Shown here: piece by piece, positions 1-8,206 of the stretch
Layout: the number at the start of each line of letters is the position of its first letter
How positions within the stretch are numbered: position 1 is the stretch's first letter
DNA from: Promethearchaeota archaeon
GTDB lineage: Archaea > Asgardarchaeota > Lokiarchaeia > Sigyniarchaeales > SOKP01
DNA: 32,000 nucleotides
Direction: 5' to 3'
Assembly: GCA_030606485.1 (NCBI GenBank)
Contig: JAUWGH010000008.1
Span: 1-32,000, forward strand
Notes under the pieces: generated by a model
What the model saw: the letters and a program-made list of their open reading frames with translations, nothing else
Told to the model about the DNA's origin: nothing
The model's database searches: none
Made by a program: the position numbers and the translations under genes

Positions 1-303
1 TCCATCTAAGTTAATCACGGCAAGACCGCCATCAGTTCCCACAACAACAAATTGTTCTCCTTCTTCTGTAAATCTAACCAACCTTGGTTGCATGGTCGGT
101 CCTTCACCAATTAACCCCTGACCAAATTTCCATAAAATTGCATTGATATCTGAATTATTAGAGGGTGTCTTAGAATTAATAGGCGATTTTTTAATGCTTG
201 ATTTAGGTACAACCAGTTCAATAACTGGAACAATCAAAATAAAAACTATAACAAATAAAGTTAAAATTTTGTAATATTTCTTAAATTTTGTCTGTATTTT
301 CAA
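1..303 (-). CDS. Secreted or membrane-anchored protein, N-terminal part only (runs off the window); possible beta-propeller
   Basis: Not in the ORF track. Hand translation from TTG at 303: MKIQTKFKKYYKILTLFVIVFILIVPVIELVVPKSSIKK...AILWKFGQGLIGEGPTMQPRLVRFTEEGEQFVVVGTDGGLAVINLDG. Open to base 1, with a basic N-terminus plus hydrophobic segment. 'VVVGTDGGLAVINLDG' resembles a propeller blade. Confidence 0.6.
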   Translation of the reverse strand, partial: MKIQTKFKKYYKILTLFVIVFILIVPVIELVVPKSSIKKSPINSKTPSNNSDINAILWKFGQGLIGEGPTMQPRLVRFTEEGEQFVVVGTDGGLAVINLDG

Positions 304-646
304 AGGATTTTCTCTTCAGATTAAAAATTTTGGATAAAATCAATAATAAATCGATTTCTCCATTAATGTCTAATTTATTACATAGAAAGACGTTTATTTA
401 AAAGTTTTTATCGTTTTAAAAATAGATCTCATAATACTTCAGATAATTCTTAGTCGTAAATAAAAATTATTCTATTTCAAATAATTCTTAACTTAAATAA
501 AACTAAATTCATTCAACAGAATATGTATTATTCGTTGTTTATTTTTGGTTACATTCCAAATATTTAAAATCGTGAGGGATAGTAATAATTATTGAAAATA
601 CATTAAAAAAAATTATCTTAAAAATTTGTATTTTTTATCTCAAATC

Positions 647-952
647 ATGAGAGAGAAAAAATTGAAAGAAAAATATTTCTTATAGGAATTTATTATTATA
701 AACATATTTGTTTTTAATCTAATTAATCCTAAATGTCTTATCCAAACTTATAGACTCGAGATATACAAAGGAGACGAATTTTTCTGGGAGGTAAAGTTAT
801 TAGACGAAAAAAAGTTAGAAGAAACTTCAGGTGCAAATTGGATGAGTTATTTAGATATGAATATCCAATTAGGCGCAAAAGAAAAAATAAGAATAAAAAG
901 TGTCGAAGACGACATTCTATCAGATTCTTGGCATATTAGAGTAAGATTATAA
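647..952 (+). pseudogene. Decayed exported-protein gene fragment
   Basis: ATG at 647, in-frame TAG at 683-685, then the same frame continues EFIIINIFVFNLINP...LEIYKGDEFFWEVKLLDEKKLEETSGANW... to TAA at 950-952. The continuation is protein-like but short. Confidence 0.4.
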
Positions 953-1339
953 TTTCAAATTCAATTTTAATATTGGAACATAAAATATTAAAAATAAACG
1001 TAGAACTAATTTGCTCTATCTATTTCAAACATCTCAAAATGATTTTATTCTTCGATAATCGATAATTTGTAAATATTCGATGTTAAATCCAATCCTATGA
1101 AATTCTAAGTAATTTAATCCTTGTATTTAAAATTTATACTCCAAACAGTATTTTCTCTTATTTTAAAAAGTGTAAAATTCACTTTAACGTATAACACGAG
1201 TCAATCATTTATTAGCGTTAAATAAACAAAGCCAATTATTATCAAAAAAGTCACAATATTTATATATAAGCATATCTAATGGTAAAATGGAGCAAATTTG
1301 ACAAAAAAATAAAATAAATCTAATTAAAAATTATATAAA

Positions 1340-1873
1340 ATGAGGGAAAGAGAAATGAAAAAGAATATTCTTCTAACAATTGGATTAATAACACTAACCA
1401 TGATATGTTTCCAAGCTATGGGATTAGCCGCAGAAATAGAAAGTTTCCCCCCTGAATGGATCACAGCAGGTAGTTTTAGTGTATCAGAAGGAACTCACTC
1501 TGGTGGCGAATTAGAAGATACTTATACATACAATTTAGAATATCTCGAAATTAGATGCGATGGAGGTACGGATCCTCCCTTTGAGGCAGAAGTGGATTTT
1601 AATTTTGGTGGAGTTAAGTGCAGTAGAGTTAAAATATATGTAGCTACAGATCCGCCATATTGTGCGGGTAATCCATGTTCAGCTTATGTAAAATATTCAG
1701 GAGAGGGATGGACTTATTTAGGCGTTTTTAATCCATATTCTTGGAAAGAATTTAATCTAAATACTGCGAAATATACCAATCAAATAAGAATATATTTTTA
1801 TCGTAATGCTGGGATTGGATATCATTATCTTAAAGTAGATTATATTAGGTGCTACACTACTGGACAACCATAA
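1340..1873 (+). CDS. Secreted hypothetical protein, predicted beta-sandwich (jelly-roll/CBM-like); likely start at 1355 (MKKNILL)
   Basis: 177-aa ORF with a signal peptide (MKKNILLTIGLITLTMICFQAMGLAA), alternating hydrophobic beta-strand patterns, many aromatics and several Cys. Confidence 0.72.
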   Translation: MREREMKKNILLTIGLITLTMICFQAMGLAAEIESFPPEWITAGSFSVSEGTHSGGELEDTYTYNLEYLEIRCDGGTDPPFEAEVDFNFGGVKCSRVKIYVATDPPYCAGNPCSAYVKYSGEGWTYLGVFNPYSWKEFNLNTAKYTNQIRIYFYRNAGIGYHYLKVDYIRCYTTGQP

Positions 1874-1915
1874 AAAAGAAGATTTTCCTTAATTACCCCA
1901 ATTATTAAATCTTTA

Positions 1916-1925
1916 TTTTTTTTTT
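1916..1925 (+). terminator. Oligo-T tract, putative archaeal terminator of 1340..1873
   Basis: T10 run about 40 nt after the stop codon. Such runs are common in this AT-rich DNA. Confidence 0.3.
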
Positions 1926-2030
1926 CCTATAATAAATCTGCAATAATGCTTCCTAATTCGCAGAATTAGTTATTGGTTTTTTTTATTTAATTTAATACTA
2001 TTTATTATTATTATTAGATATATTTCCAGC

Positions 2031-2428
2031 ATGGCTAAGCTAATTCAAGCGAAAGATCCAATTAAATTAAGTTTAAGGAACAGTAACCCCCTCAGAGCTG
2101 AGATCGAATTCAGAAATCTAGATGATACCAAGATGGTTTTGATAAATTAATAAATCTAGAGGTTCTTTGGTTGAGATGAAACCAAATTACCGAAATTAAA
2201 GGTTTAGATAAACTAAAGAATTTAAAGAGATTATATATCAATTCAAACAAGATTTCGGAGATTAAAGGTCTCGGGTCTCTTACGAAATTAGAAGTTTTAA
2301 ACATAGGAGATAACTCAATTCCGGAAGAAGAATTCGACGAATTGGGAGGATTAAACGAATGGGGAGAAGCAATTAAAGCACAGAAATTTGAAAAGTATTG
2401 CAAGAATAAAAAGATATTTACTTATAAT
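2031..2428 (+). pseudogene. Leucine-rich-repeat (SDS22-like) protein pseudogene
   Basis: The frame from 2132 reads DGFDKLINLEVLWLR*NQITEIKGLDKLKNLKRLYINSNKISEIKGLGSLTKLEVLNIGDNSIPEE..., about three LxxLxLxxNxIxxIxGL repeats. There is an in-frame TGA at 2177-2179, and the upstream ATG (2031) is in another frame. The track's 2110..2403 minus ORF is its antisense shadow. Confidence 0.72.
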
Positions 2429-2466
2429 TAGTCAAGTGTTTTCAAAAGATTTTATTATAAATTTAT

Positions 2467-3069
2467 TTAAGAGATATTAAAATTTTCTATAGTTAAAAAA
2501 TCACTCAATTTGGTAAGAAAATTTGGTCCATCTCCAGGGTTAAATTTTATATTAGCAGGATCAATTTCGTTCAAATTAATATAAGAGAGATAATCATCGC
2601 CCTTAATAACAGCTATACCAAATTTGCGTAGGTTTGTTTTTTCTTCATATTCTACTAATTCTACTTTATCTTTCATGATGGATTTATATTTTTCTTCAGA
2701 GGCTTTATCTTTAAATTCATAAAAGAATACTAAAAGACTTTTAAAGCTTCCGCTAAATAAGTTCTGCCAAAAAATCATATGTTCGATATTTTTTCTATTA
2801 TCATCTATTGAACTTTGAGGTATTTTTGCATCAATCTCATACGCCTCATCGTCTTTTTCGTAGGGATTAGGATAGTCAAACCCAATTACATCAATGACAT
2901 ATTTTTTATCTACATCTAACGAATTGAACGCTATAAAATCAAAATTTTCTAAGTTTAAGCCCATAAATGGTTGTGGTTGAGTGCTATAATTTCTTATGTA
3001 GCAAATATCTGAACTTTTTAGTATCTTTTCAAATATATCAACATAAGTTGCTTTATTTTTTTCACTCAT
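2467..3069 (-). CDS. Hypothetical protein resembling the HYExAFE family (putative restriction-endonuclease-like fold), divergent
   Basis: Motif order YVDIFEKILKSSDICYI / NLENFDFIAF / YVIDVIG / MIFWQNLFSGSFKSLLVFFY parallels HYE.AFE.YLR...VPY / SLKSLDFIV / LLVDVKG / L..WQ.LFG.GF..LLVFAY as I recall them. ATG at 3069 is preferred over the track's TTG at 3084. Confidence 0.65.
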   Translation of the reverse strand: MSEKNKATYVDIFEKILKSSDICYIRNYSTQPQPFMGLNLENFDFIAFNSLDVDKKYVIDVIGFDYPNPYEKDDEAYEIDAKIPQSSIDDNRKNIEHMIFWQNLFSGSFKSLLVFFYEFKDKASEEKYKSIMKDKVELVEYEEKTNLRKFGIAVIKGDDYLSYINLNEIDPANIKFNPGDGPNFLTKLSDFLTIENFNIS

Positions 3070-3241
3070 AATTATTCTTATCAAATTTATCTCTTAAATA
3101 TATTGCATAATTAACTTTTTAAAATACCAAAATACTGTTAGGGACATAAAAGATTTTTATAAGAAAATATGAGTTTTTCAATAAGGAATTATTGATGAAG
3201 TAAAATTTAATTTTTGTTTCAGAAAGAATTCATATTTCCAA

Positions 3242-3592
3242 TTAAGTGGGTTTAAATGTAATTCCAAAAATTTCTTTTCCATCTAAATTTTCTGTTAATT
3301 TTTGAAATTTAGATGTTAATTTCATTCCAATCTTAAGATTCTCCGAGCTTATTATTTGTCCAATCGCTTTTAATCCATTGGAGTATTCTACAACACCAAT
3401 AGTGTAAGATTTTTTATCGCGGTATTCAGAAGGAGGTGCATTAAGAATTGTATAAGTTAATAACTTGCAATCCCCAGAAGATTTAACTGTATCAAACGTT
3501 GTATTTTTACATTGGATACACCGGAGATGGTCAGGATGTTGAAGTTTCCTACATTTTTTACATTTTTTCCAAACAATAGTTGTTTCACTCAT
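3242..3592 (-). CDS. DUF35 family Zn-ribbon/OB-fold protein (thiolase partner)
   Basis: CxxC-x10-CxxC (CKKCRKLQHPDHLRCIQC) followed by an OB-fold pattern (LLTYTI...P...YTIGVVEYSNG..AIGQI...LKIGMKL). ATG at 3592. Confidence 0.9.
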   Translation of the reverse strand: MSETTIVWKKCKKCRKLQHPDHLRCIQCKNTTFDTVKSSGDCKLLTYTILNAPPSEYRDKKSYTIGVVEYSNGLKAIGQIISSENLKIGMKLTSKFQKLTENLDGKEIFGITFKPT

Positions 3593-3597
3593 AAATT

Positions 3598-6508
3598 TCA
3601 CATCTTAATATCTTCACTTCTTACTACTTCAAGAATCTCAAAATGTAAATATAAATTATTAAATAATAAGAAGAGGAGCTTTCTAATATTTAATATATTG
3701 AATATATTAAATTTATTAAGATTTTTCATGGAAAAAGAAACTTAATATTAGTATAAACTATCTTTAAGAATCATCAATACTTAAAAAAAATATTTTAAAT
3801 AAATCCAAATATTTCTCCCATTCTTTAGTTAATTGGGGATATTTTTGTTTTAAATAATCTAATAAATTAACAACAGAATATAAAATAAGAGGATCAAACT
3901 CCCAAGCATGGTATTTGTTAAAAGTAATACATTTAATTTTTAAATCTGAAATTTGCAACATATTCCTAAGAATTAATCCATAAAAAGCGACCTGAGGTAA
4001 AGTGCGTAAAAAATTTCTATCTTTTTTTTTTTCTTCATCTGGTTTATAATCACAAGCGTAAATAATTCCATCATAATAAAAAAGAAAATCAATATGCCCA
4101 CTAATATATCTAAATCCTACATTATAATATTCTACATTTTGCCAGACAAGAACTTCTGTAGCAATAAGGTTTTTATCCCTTTTTAAAAAAAATTTTTGTA
4201 ATTTCTCGTGATAAATGTTTCCTTGGTTGCTAAAATTTTCAGCAAAATCTTCAAAAAATGAGATTTTATAGTAATTTTCAGCAAAATTTATAAAATCAAT
4301 CAATTTCTTTCCTAAAAAAGAATTATCTCCTTTAATAATTAATTTATTCTTTTCTAATTTGTTTATAAATGAATTAATATCTCCTTTTTTAAGTGGTTTA
4401 TTCCGATTATGAGAAATTTTGAAATCGGAACAACAAGGATTAATAATTTTAAACATTTCTTTATCGAAAGACTTATTTTCTATAATATCAAATAGCTTAC
4501 CCAATCTCTTAGCTAAATCTTGATTGGATATTCTAAATAAATTATCATAATTGCATCTAAACAATAGACGATGCCATCGATAAGGTTCATTAGTAAAGCC
4601 CACTTTAAATTTAGTTTCAAAAATATCCTCTAAATCCTCAATTATTTCTTTAACATAGCTGCCATGAGAAAATAAAGTATCGAATTTTTCCGCTAAATAA
4701 TTATATCCTATTAATGTATCATATTTAGTTTGGATTTTAATAGTTCTAATTAACTCAATCATCAAATAGAAATACTTTTCAAACAAGTTATTTGTTTCTG
4801 GATTATTAATTAAATAAAATAATCTCCCAAATTTTCGAATATTTACATCTTTAATGTCTCTTATTTTTAATAATAACATATTATCAAAAAAATCATAAAA
4901 TTTTTCTAATACTTCAGAATTATTTATTAAAAAACAATTATTATCTAATATTTGATAAATTTCGCGATATAATTGTTTTAAAATATGAAATGGAATCTGA
5001 ATAGAATGTATATCATCATCAACTAATATTCTTGCGTTGCTTGTATACCATCTTTCATAGCCATCTTCTCCATAAGCCAATAAGAATTCATATTCATTAA
5101 ATAAATTCCTTAAAAATTGGATTATTCTCCGCGGTCCTAAAATGTTTTTATACTGTTCATTTATTTTAGTATAACTGCCATACATCTCAAAAAGTTTTAA
5201 AATATTATAAGCGAATTCTTTTGAGTAATCAATTATAGCTTTTTCGGTATAACCAATAACATCTGAAAGAGTAAGATTATATTTTTCGATCTCATTTATA
5301 ATACTATCTTTTTGAATATCCCATGAAATTGGCTCAATTTCTGAGATTATTCTATATATATCTTCCTTTTTTTGTATTATTATCAAGTTTTGTGTATAAT
5401 ATTTCATAGATTTCTTATCTAAAGTCTCATAAGTTAAAATATTAGAAGAAATATTAATAGATTCAAATAATTTTTGCAAACCATTCAGAAAATCTTCTGT
5501 ATTTTGAAATTTTATTGATAATCTACCATCAAATTTATCAAGATATTCTCTAAAACTTATATTATAAACAGATGCACTATTAATTATCCCTATTAAACAT
5601 GAATATATTAATTCATCATTTTCAAAAATCCAATTTGGTATCTCTCTTGTCCTTGAAGATATATTATCAATATACACTCCTAATGTTAAAATTTCATAAA
5701 CAATAACGGTTCTATTAATAGTAAAGTTCGATGTCTCTCCATTATCATTATAATTTACTATAAATCCATTGTCTTCTGATATGTTAAAGAGATCCAGTAA
5801 CAATTCTTTCAAATAATTAACATATCTAATATCTTTATGATACTTTTTATTGCAATAAATTACTAAAGAATAATGTGTACTTCTTGATTTCTTAATATAA
5901 ATAGAAGCTTGTCCCAATAAAATACCTACAAATTCAGCAACCTTTTGAGATTTTTGTAAATTATATAAAACTAAATCATTCCTTCCTAAAACTTTCAAAT
6001 GAGGAATCTTACGATTAGATAGTTTTTGTAATTTATCAAAATGTTCCAACGATATTGAACTTCCTCTATAAATTGCATTACTCAATTTTAAAGTATGAAT
6101 AGTATAGTTATTATAAGGATGAAGATTTTTAATTTTCTTAAAAATTTGCGCTAAAAACTCTTTTTTAACTATAACCTTTTCATTACTAAAATTGTATTGA
6201 TCCCTTAAAATGAATTTTCCATCGTTAAATAAAGCGTTTAGTTCCTTTTCATTCTCATATAGGAAATCCATTTTTAATTACTTCAAATTCATTTTGTTTT
6301 TATAATAATTTTAAAATGAAGGAAATAATAAAAACAAAAACTCTCAGAAAATATAGTATAAAATAATATTTACGAATTTTATCTATTTCATTTTTTTGAT
6401 TATTTAGTGTTAATTAAACTCATTAAAATCCTTTATATCAGTGGAAAGTAATTGTTAACTTCATATATTATGACAATTATTTCTAATTATTTTAATACAA
6501 AATCACAT
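3598..6508. mobile_element. Candidate 2.9-kb insertion between thiolase and DUF35, flanked by a 6-bp direct repeat (TCACAT; ATGTGA on the coding strand)
   Basis: TCACAT occurs at 3598-3603 and 6503-6508. The right copy is the thiolase last codon plus stop; the left copy lies 5 nt before the DUF35 ATG. The only cargo is a nuclease-domain ORF. No terminal inverted repeats or transposase were seen. Confidence 0.45.
3764..6271 (-). CDS. Fusion of a degenerate LAGLIDADG-type DNA-binding domain, a helical linker and a C-terminal PD-(D/E)XK (RecB/Cas4-like) nuclease
   Basis: aa 112-122 AEFVGILLGQA and aa 225-234 CLIGIINSAS, preceded by 'IPNWIF', match the two LAGLIDADG helices but lack the catalytic Asp. 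The C-terminus has ATEV...GHIDFL...YACDYKP...LPQVAFY, i.e. E, D, DxK and QxxxY are intact. Confidence 0.8.
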   Translation of the reverse strand: MDFLYENEKELNALFNDGKFILRDQYNFSNEKVIVKKEFLAQIFKKIKNLHPYNNYTIHTLKLSNAIYRGSSISLEHFDKLQKLSNRKIPHLKVLGRNDLVLYNLQKSQKVAEFVGILLGQASIYIKKSRSTHYSLVIYCNKKYHKDIRYVNYLKELLLDLFNISEDNGFIVNYNDNGETSNFTINRTVIVYEILTLGVYIDNISSRTREIPNWIFENDELIYSCLIGIINSASVYNISFREYLDKFDGRLSIKFQNTEDFLNGLQKLFESINISSNILTYETLDKKSMKYYTQNLIIIQKKEDIYRIISEIEPISWDIQKDSIINEIEKYNLTLSDVIGYTEKAIIDYSKEFAYNILKLFEMYGSYTKINEQYKNILGPRRIIQFLRNLFNEYEFLLAYGEDGYERWYTSNARILVDDDIHSIQIPFHILKQLYREIYQILDNNCFLINNSEVLEKFYDFFDNMLLLKIRDIKDVNIRKFGRLFYLINNPETNNLFEKYFYLMIELIRTIKIQTKYDTLIGYNYLAEKFDTLFSHGSYVKEIIEDLEDIFETKFKVGFTNEPYRWHRLLFRCNYDNLFRISNQDLAKRLGKLFDIIENKSFDKEMFKIINPCCSDFKISHNRNKPLKKGDINSFINKLEKNKLIIKGDNSFLGKKLIDFINFAENYYKISFFEDFAENFSNQGNIYHEKLQKFFLKRDKNLIATEVLVWQNVEYYNVGFRYISGHIDFLFYYDGIIYACDYKPDEEKKKDRNFLRTLPQVAFYGLILRNMLQISDLKIKCITFNKYHAWEFDPLILYSVVNLLDYLKQKYPQLTKEWEKYLDLFKIFFLSIDDS

Positions 6509-7672
6509 TCTCTCTACTAATATTGAAAGTATATTATTCCCAAATCCCCCAAAATTACAAGTTATCCCAGTTTCCGCGCCTTCGATTTGTCTTTTCCCTG
6601 CTTCTCCCCTTAATTGCCATACTAATTCCACAACTTGAGCAACTCCTGTTGCTCCCAAAGGATGCCCTCTTGCTTTTAAACCACCTGAAGGGTTAATGGG
6701 AATTACTCCACCAATTTCCGTTAATCCCTCATACGCGGCTTTAGCGCCTTCACCTTTTTTGAAGAATCCCAAATCTTCACTCTGGATCGCTTCTAGTATA
6801 GTAAATGCATCATGGGCTTCACATACATCAATATCTTCAGGTGTTTTTTTAGCCATACTATAAGCTTGTTTTGAGCAGATTTGAAGTGCCTTCAAGACAG
6901 TTAGATCTTCACGTTCATAAACGATATGAGTATCTGTCGCCTGACCTACTCCTGTGATAAGGATAGGTGTATCACAAAACTTTTTTGCTATTTCAGCAGA
7001 ACATAAAACCATTGCAGCACCTCCATCTGAAATGGGGCAAATATCATATAATCGTAATGGATCCGCTATAATTGGAGAGGCTAATGCCTTTTCAAGAGTT
7101 ATTTCTTTTTGAAAGTGAGCATAAGGATTATTCATACCATTTTTGTGGTTTTTCACGGCAATACTTGTTATCCATTCTTTGGGGACATTATACTTTTCCA
7201 TATAAGTTCGAGTAAGCATTCCAGCCAAAGATGGGAGGGAGACTCCGTGAACCCTTTCAGCATTATGATGAGTTAATGTAGCAACTGCAGAGGTTATTAA
7301 ACCAGGCGTTGTAATATGGGTCATTTTTTCAGCTCCCACAACTAGGACCATATCACATGCTCCTGAAGTAATTGAATAAAATGCATTCTTAATTGCTGAT
7401 CCTCCAGATGCTGGTCCATTCTTAACGTGGTCAGCAGCTGCTGGAATTAAACCAATTCGGTCTACCACGGCACTTGCAATTGCGGTCATATGATTTAGTG
7501 TTTCTGCTAACATGCATGATACATAAACAGCATCAAAATCTTTATCGTTTGTATTTGAATTTTCAATTGCTTGTAATGAGGCATCACATAATAGATCTAA
7601 TAAATTTTTATCTTCCAACTTCCCAAATTTTGTATGTCCAACTCCTATTATCGCTACTTTATTCATAATCAT
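6503..7672 (-). CDS. Thiolase-family protein (archaeal/SCP2-thiolase type), nucleophile Cys absent
   Basis: VAIIGVGHTKFG N-terminus, CPISDGGAAMVL, EAHDAF, NPSGGLKARGHPLGATG and NFGGFG. The (E/N)xACASG loop reads KNGPASGG. Confidence 0.92.
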   Translation of the reverse strand: MIMNKVAIIGVGHTKFGKLEDKNLLDLLCDASLQAIENSNTNDKDFDAVYVSCMLAETLNHMTAIASAVVDRIGLIPAAADHVKNGPASGGSAIKNAFYSITSGACDMVLVVGAEKMTHITTPGLITSAVATLTHHNAERVHGVSLPSLAGMLTRTYMEKYNVPKEWITSIAVKNHKNGMNNPYAHFQKEITLEKALASPIIADPLRLYDICPISDGGAAMVLCSAEIAKKFCDTPILITGVGQATDTHIVYEREDLTVLKALQICSKQAYSMAKKTPEDIDVCEAHDAFTILEAIQSEDLGFFKKGEGAKAAYEGLTEIGGVIPINPSGGLKARGHPLGATGVAQVVELVWQLRGEAGKRQIEGAETGITCNFGGFGNNILSILVERM

Positions 7673-7737
7673 GCATTTATTTTTTATTCAATTATTAATG
7701 ATAATATTTTGATTTATAAAAATTGGACTTAAGGATA

Positions 7738-7745
7738 TTTATATA
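7738..7745 (+). promoter_or_regulatory. TATA-box-like element in the divergent thiolase/zinc-ribbon intergenic region
   Basis: TTTATATA about 34 nt upstream of the proposed start at 7779, followed by an SD-like GGTGA at 7768-7772. Confidence 0.35.
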
Positions 7746-7778
7746 CTTAGTTTCTTCTTTTTTAATTGGTGATAAAAA

Positions 7779-8096
7779 ATAGTTAATTTTTGCCAGTATT
7801 GTGGAAAAAAATTAGATATAAATATTAGATTCTGCCCCGATTGTGGGTGGGAAATAAAAGAAGATTCAAATCCAAATTTTCAAACACAGTCAGTTCAAGC
7901 ATCACAAGCTGCTGATCTCTCTAATCCATATGAGATTGATAATCCAAATCCCCCATCTCAGCCAACATCACCACCAGTATATTCAGGAGTACATGGGGGA
8001 GATGATGATGTTGGATTAGCCGTTGGTGCTGCATTATTATTTGGTCGAGGTCATAGAATTTATCGTAGGAGAAGAAGAAGATCCATCTTTTTTTAA
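7779..8096 (+). CDS. Zinc-ribbon protein with Pro/Ser/Gln-rich linker and a hydrophobic plus poly-Arg C-terminal tail; non-canonical ATA start
   Basis: Not in the ORF track. (M)VNFCQYCGKKLDINIRFCPDCGWEIKE...NPNPPSQPTSPPVYSG...GLAVGAALLFGRGHRIYRRRRRRSIFF*, 105 aa. An in-frame TAA at 7773-7775 leaves ATA at 7779 as the only start upstream of the first CxxC. Confidence 0.75.
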   Translation: MVNFCQYCGKKLDINIRFCPDCGWEIKEDSNPNFQTQSVQASQAADLSNPYEIDNPNPPSQPTSPPVYSGVHGGDDDVGLAVGAALLFGRGHRIYRRRRRRSIFF

Positions 8097-8206
8097 TTTT
8101 GATTTTTTTTGAAGATACTCTTTTTTTATTAATTTTTTTAAAAAGATTTTAAGTCTAAATTGTTTATTTCTTATTATTCGAAGAAGCCAATATTTTATGA
8201 ATTTTT

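Noticed and set aside
960-1160. Minus-strand peptide fragments such as IGLDLTSNIYKL suggesting another LRR relic
   Set aside because: Multiple stops and only one partial motif; indistinguishable from chance.
2110-2403. Track ORF on the minus strand (97 aa)
   Set aside because: Antisense shadow of the plus-strand LRR pseudogene.
3764-6271. Intein, CRISPR cas4, or IS transposase
   Set aside because: No Cys/Ser start or His-Asn end and no host extein; no cas genes or array; no DDE/HUH motif or terminal inverted repeats recognised.
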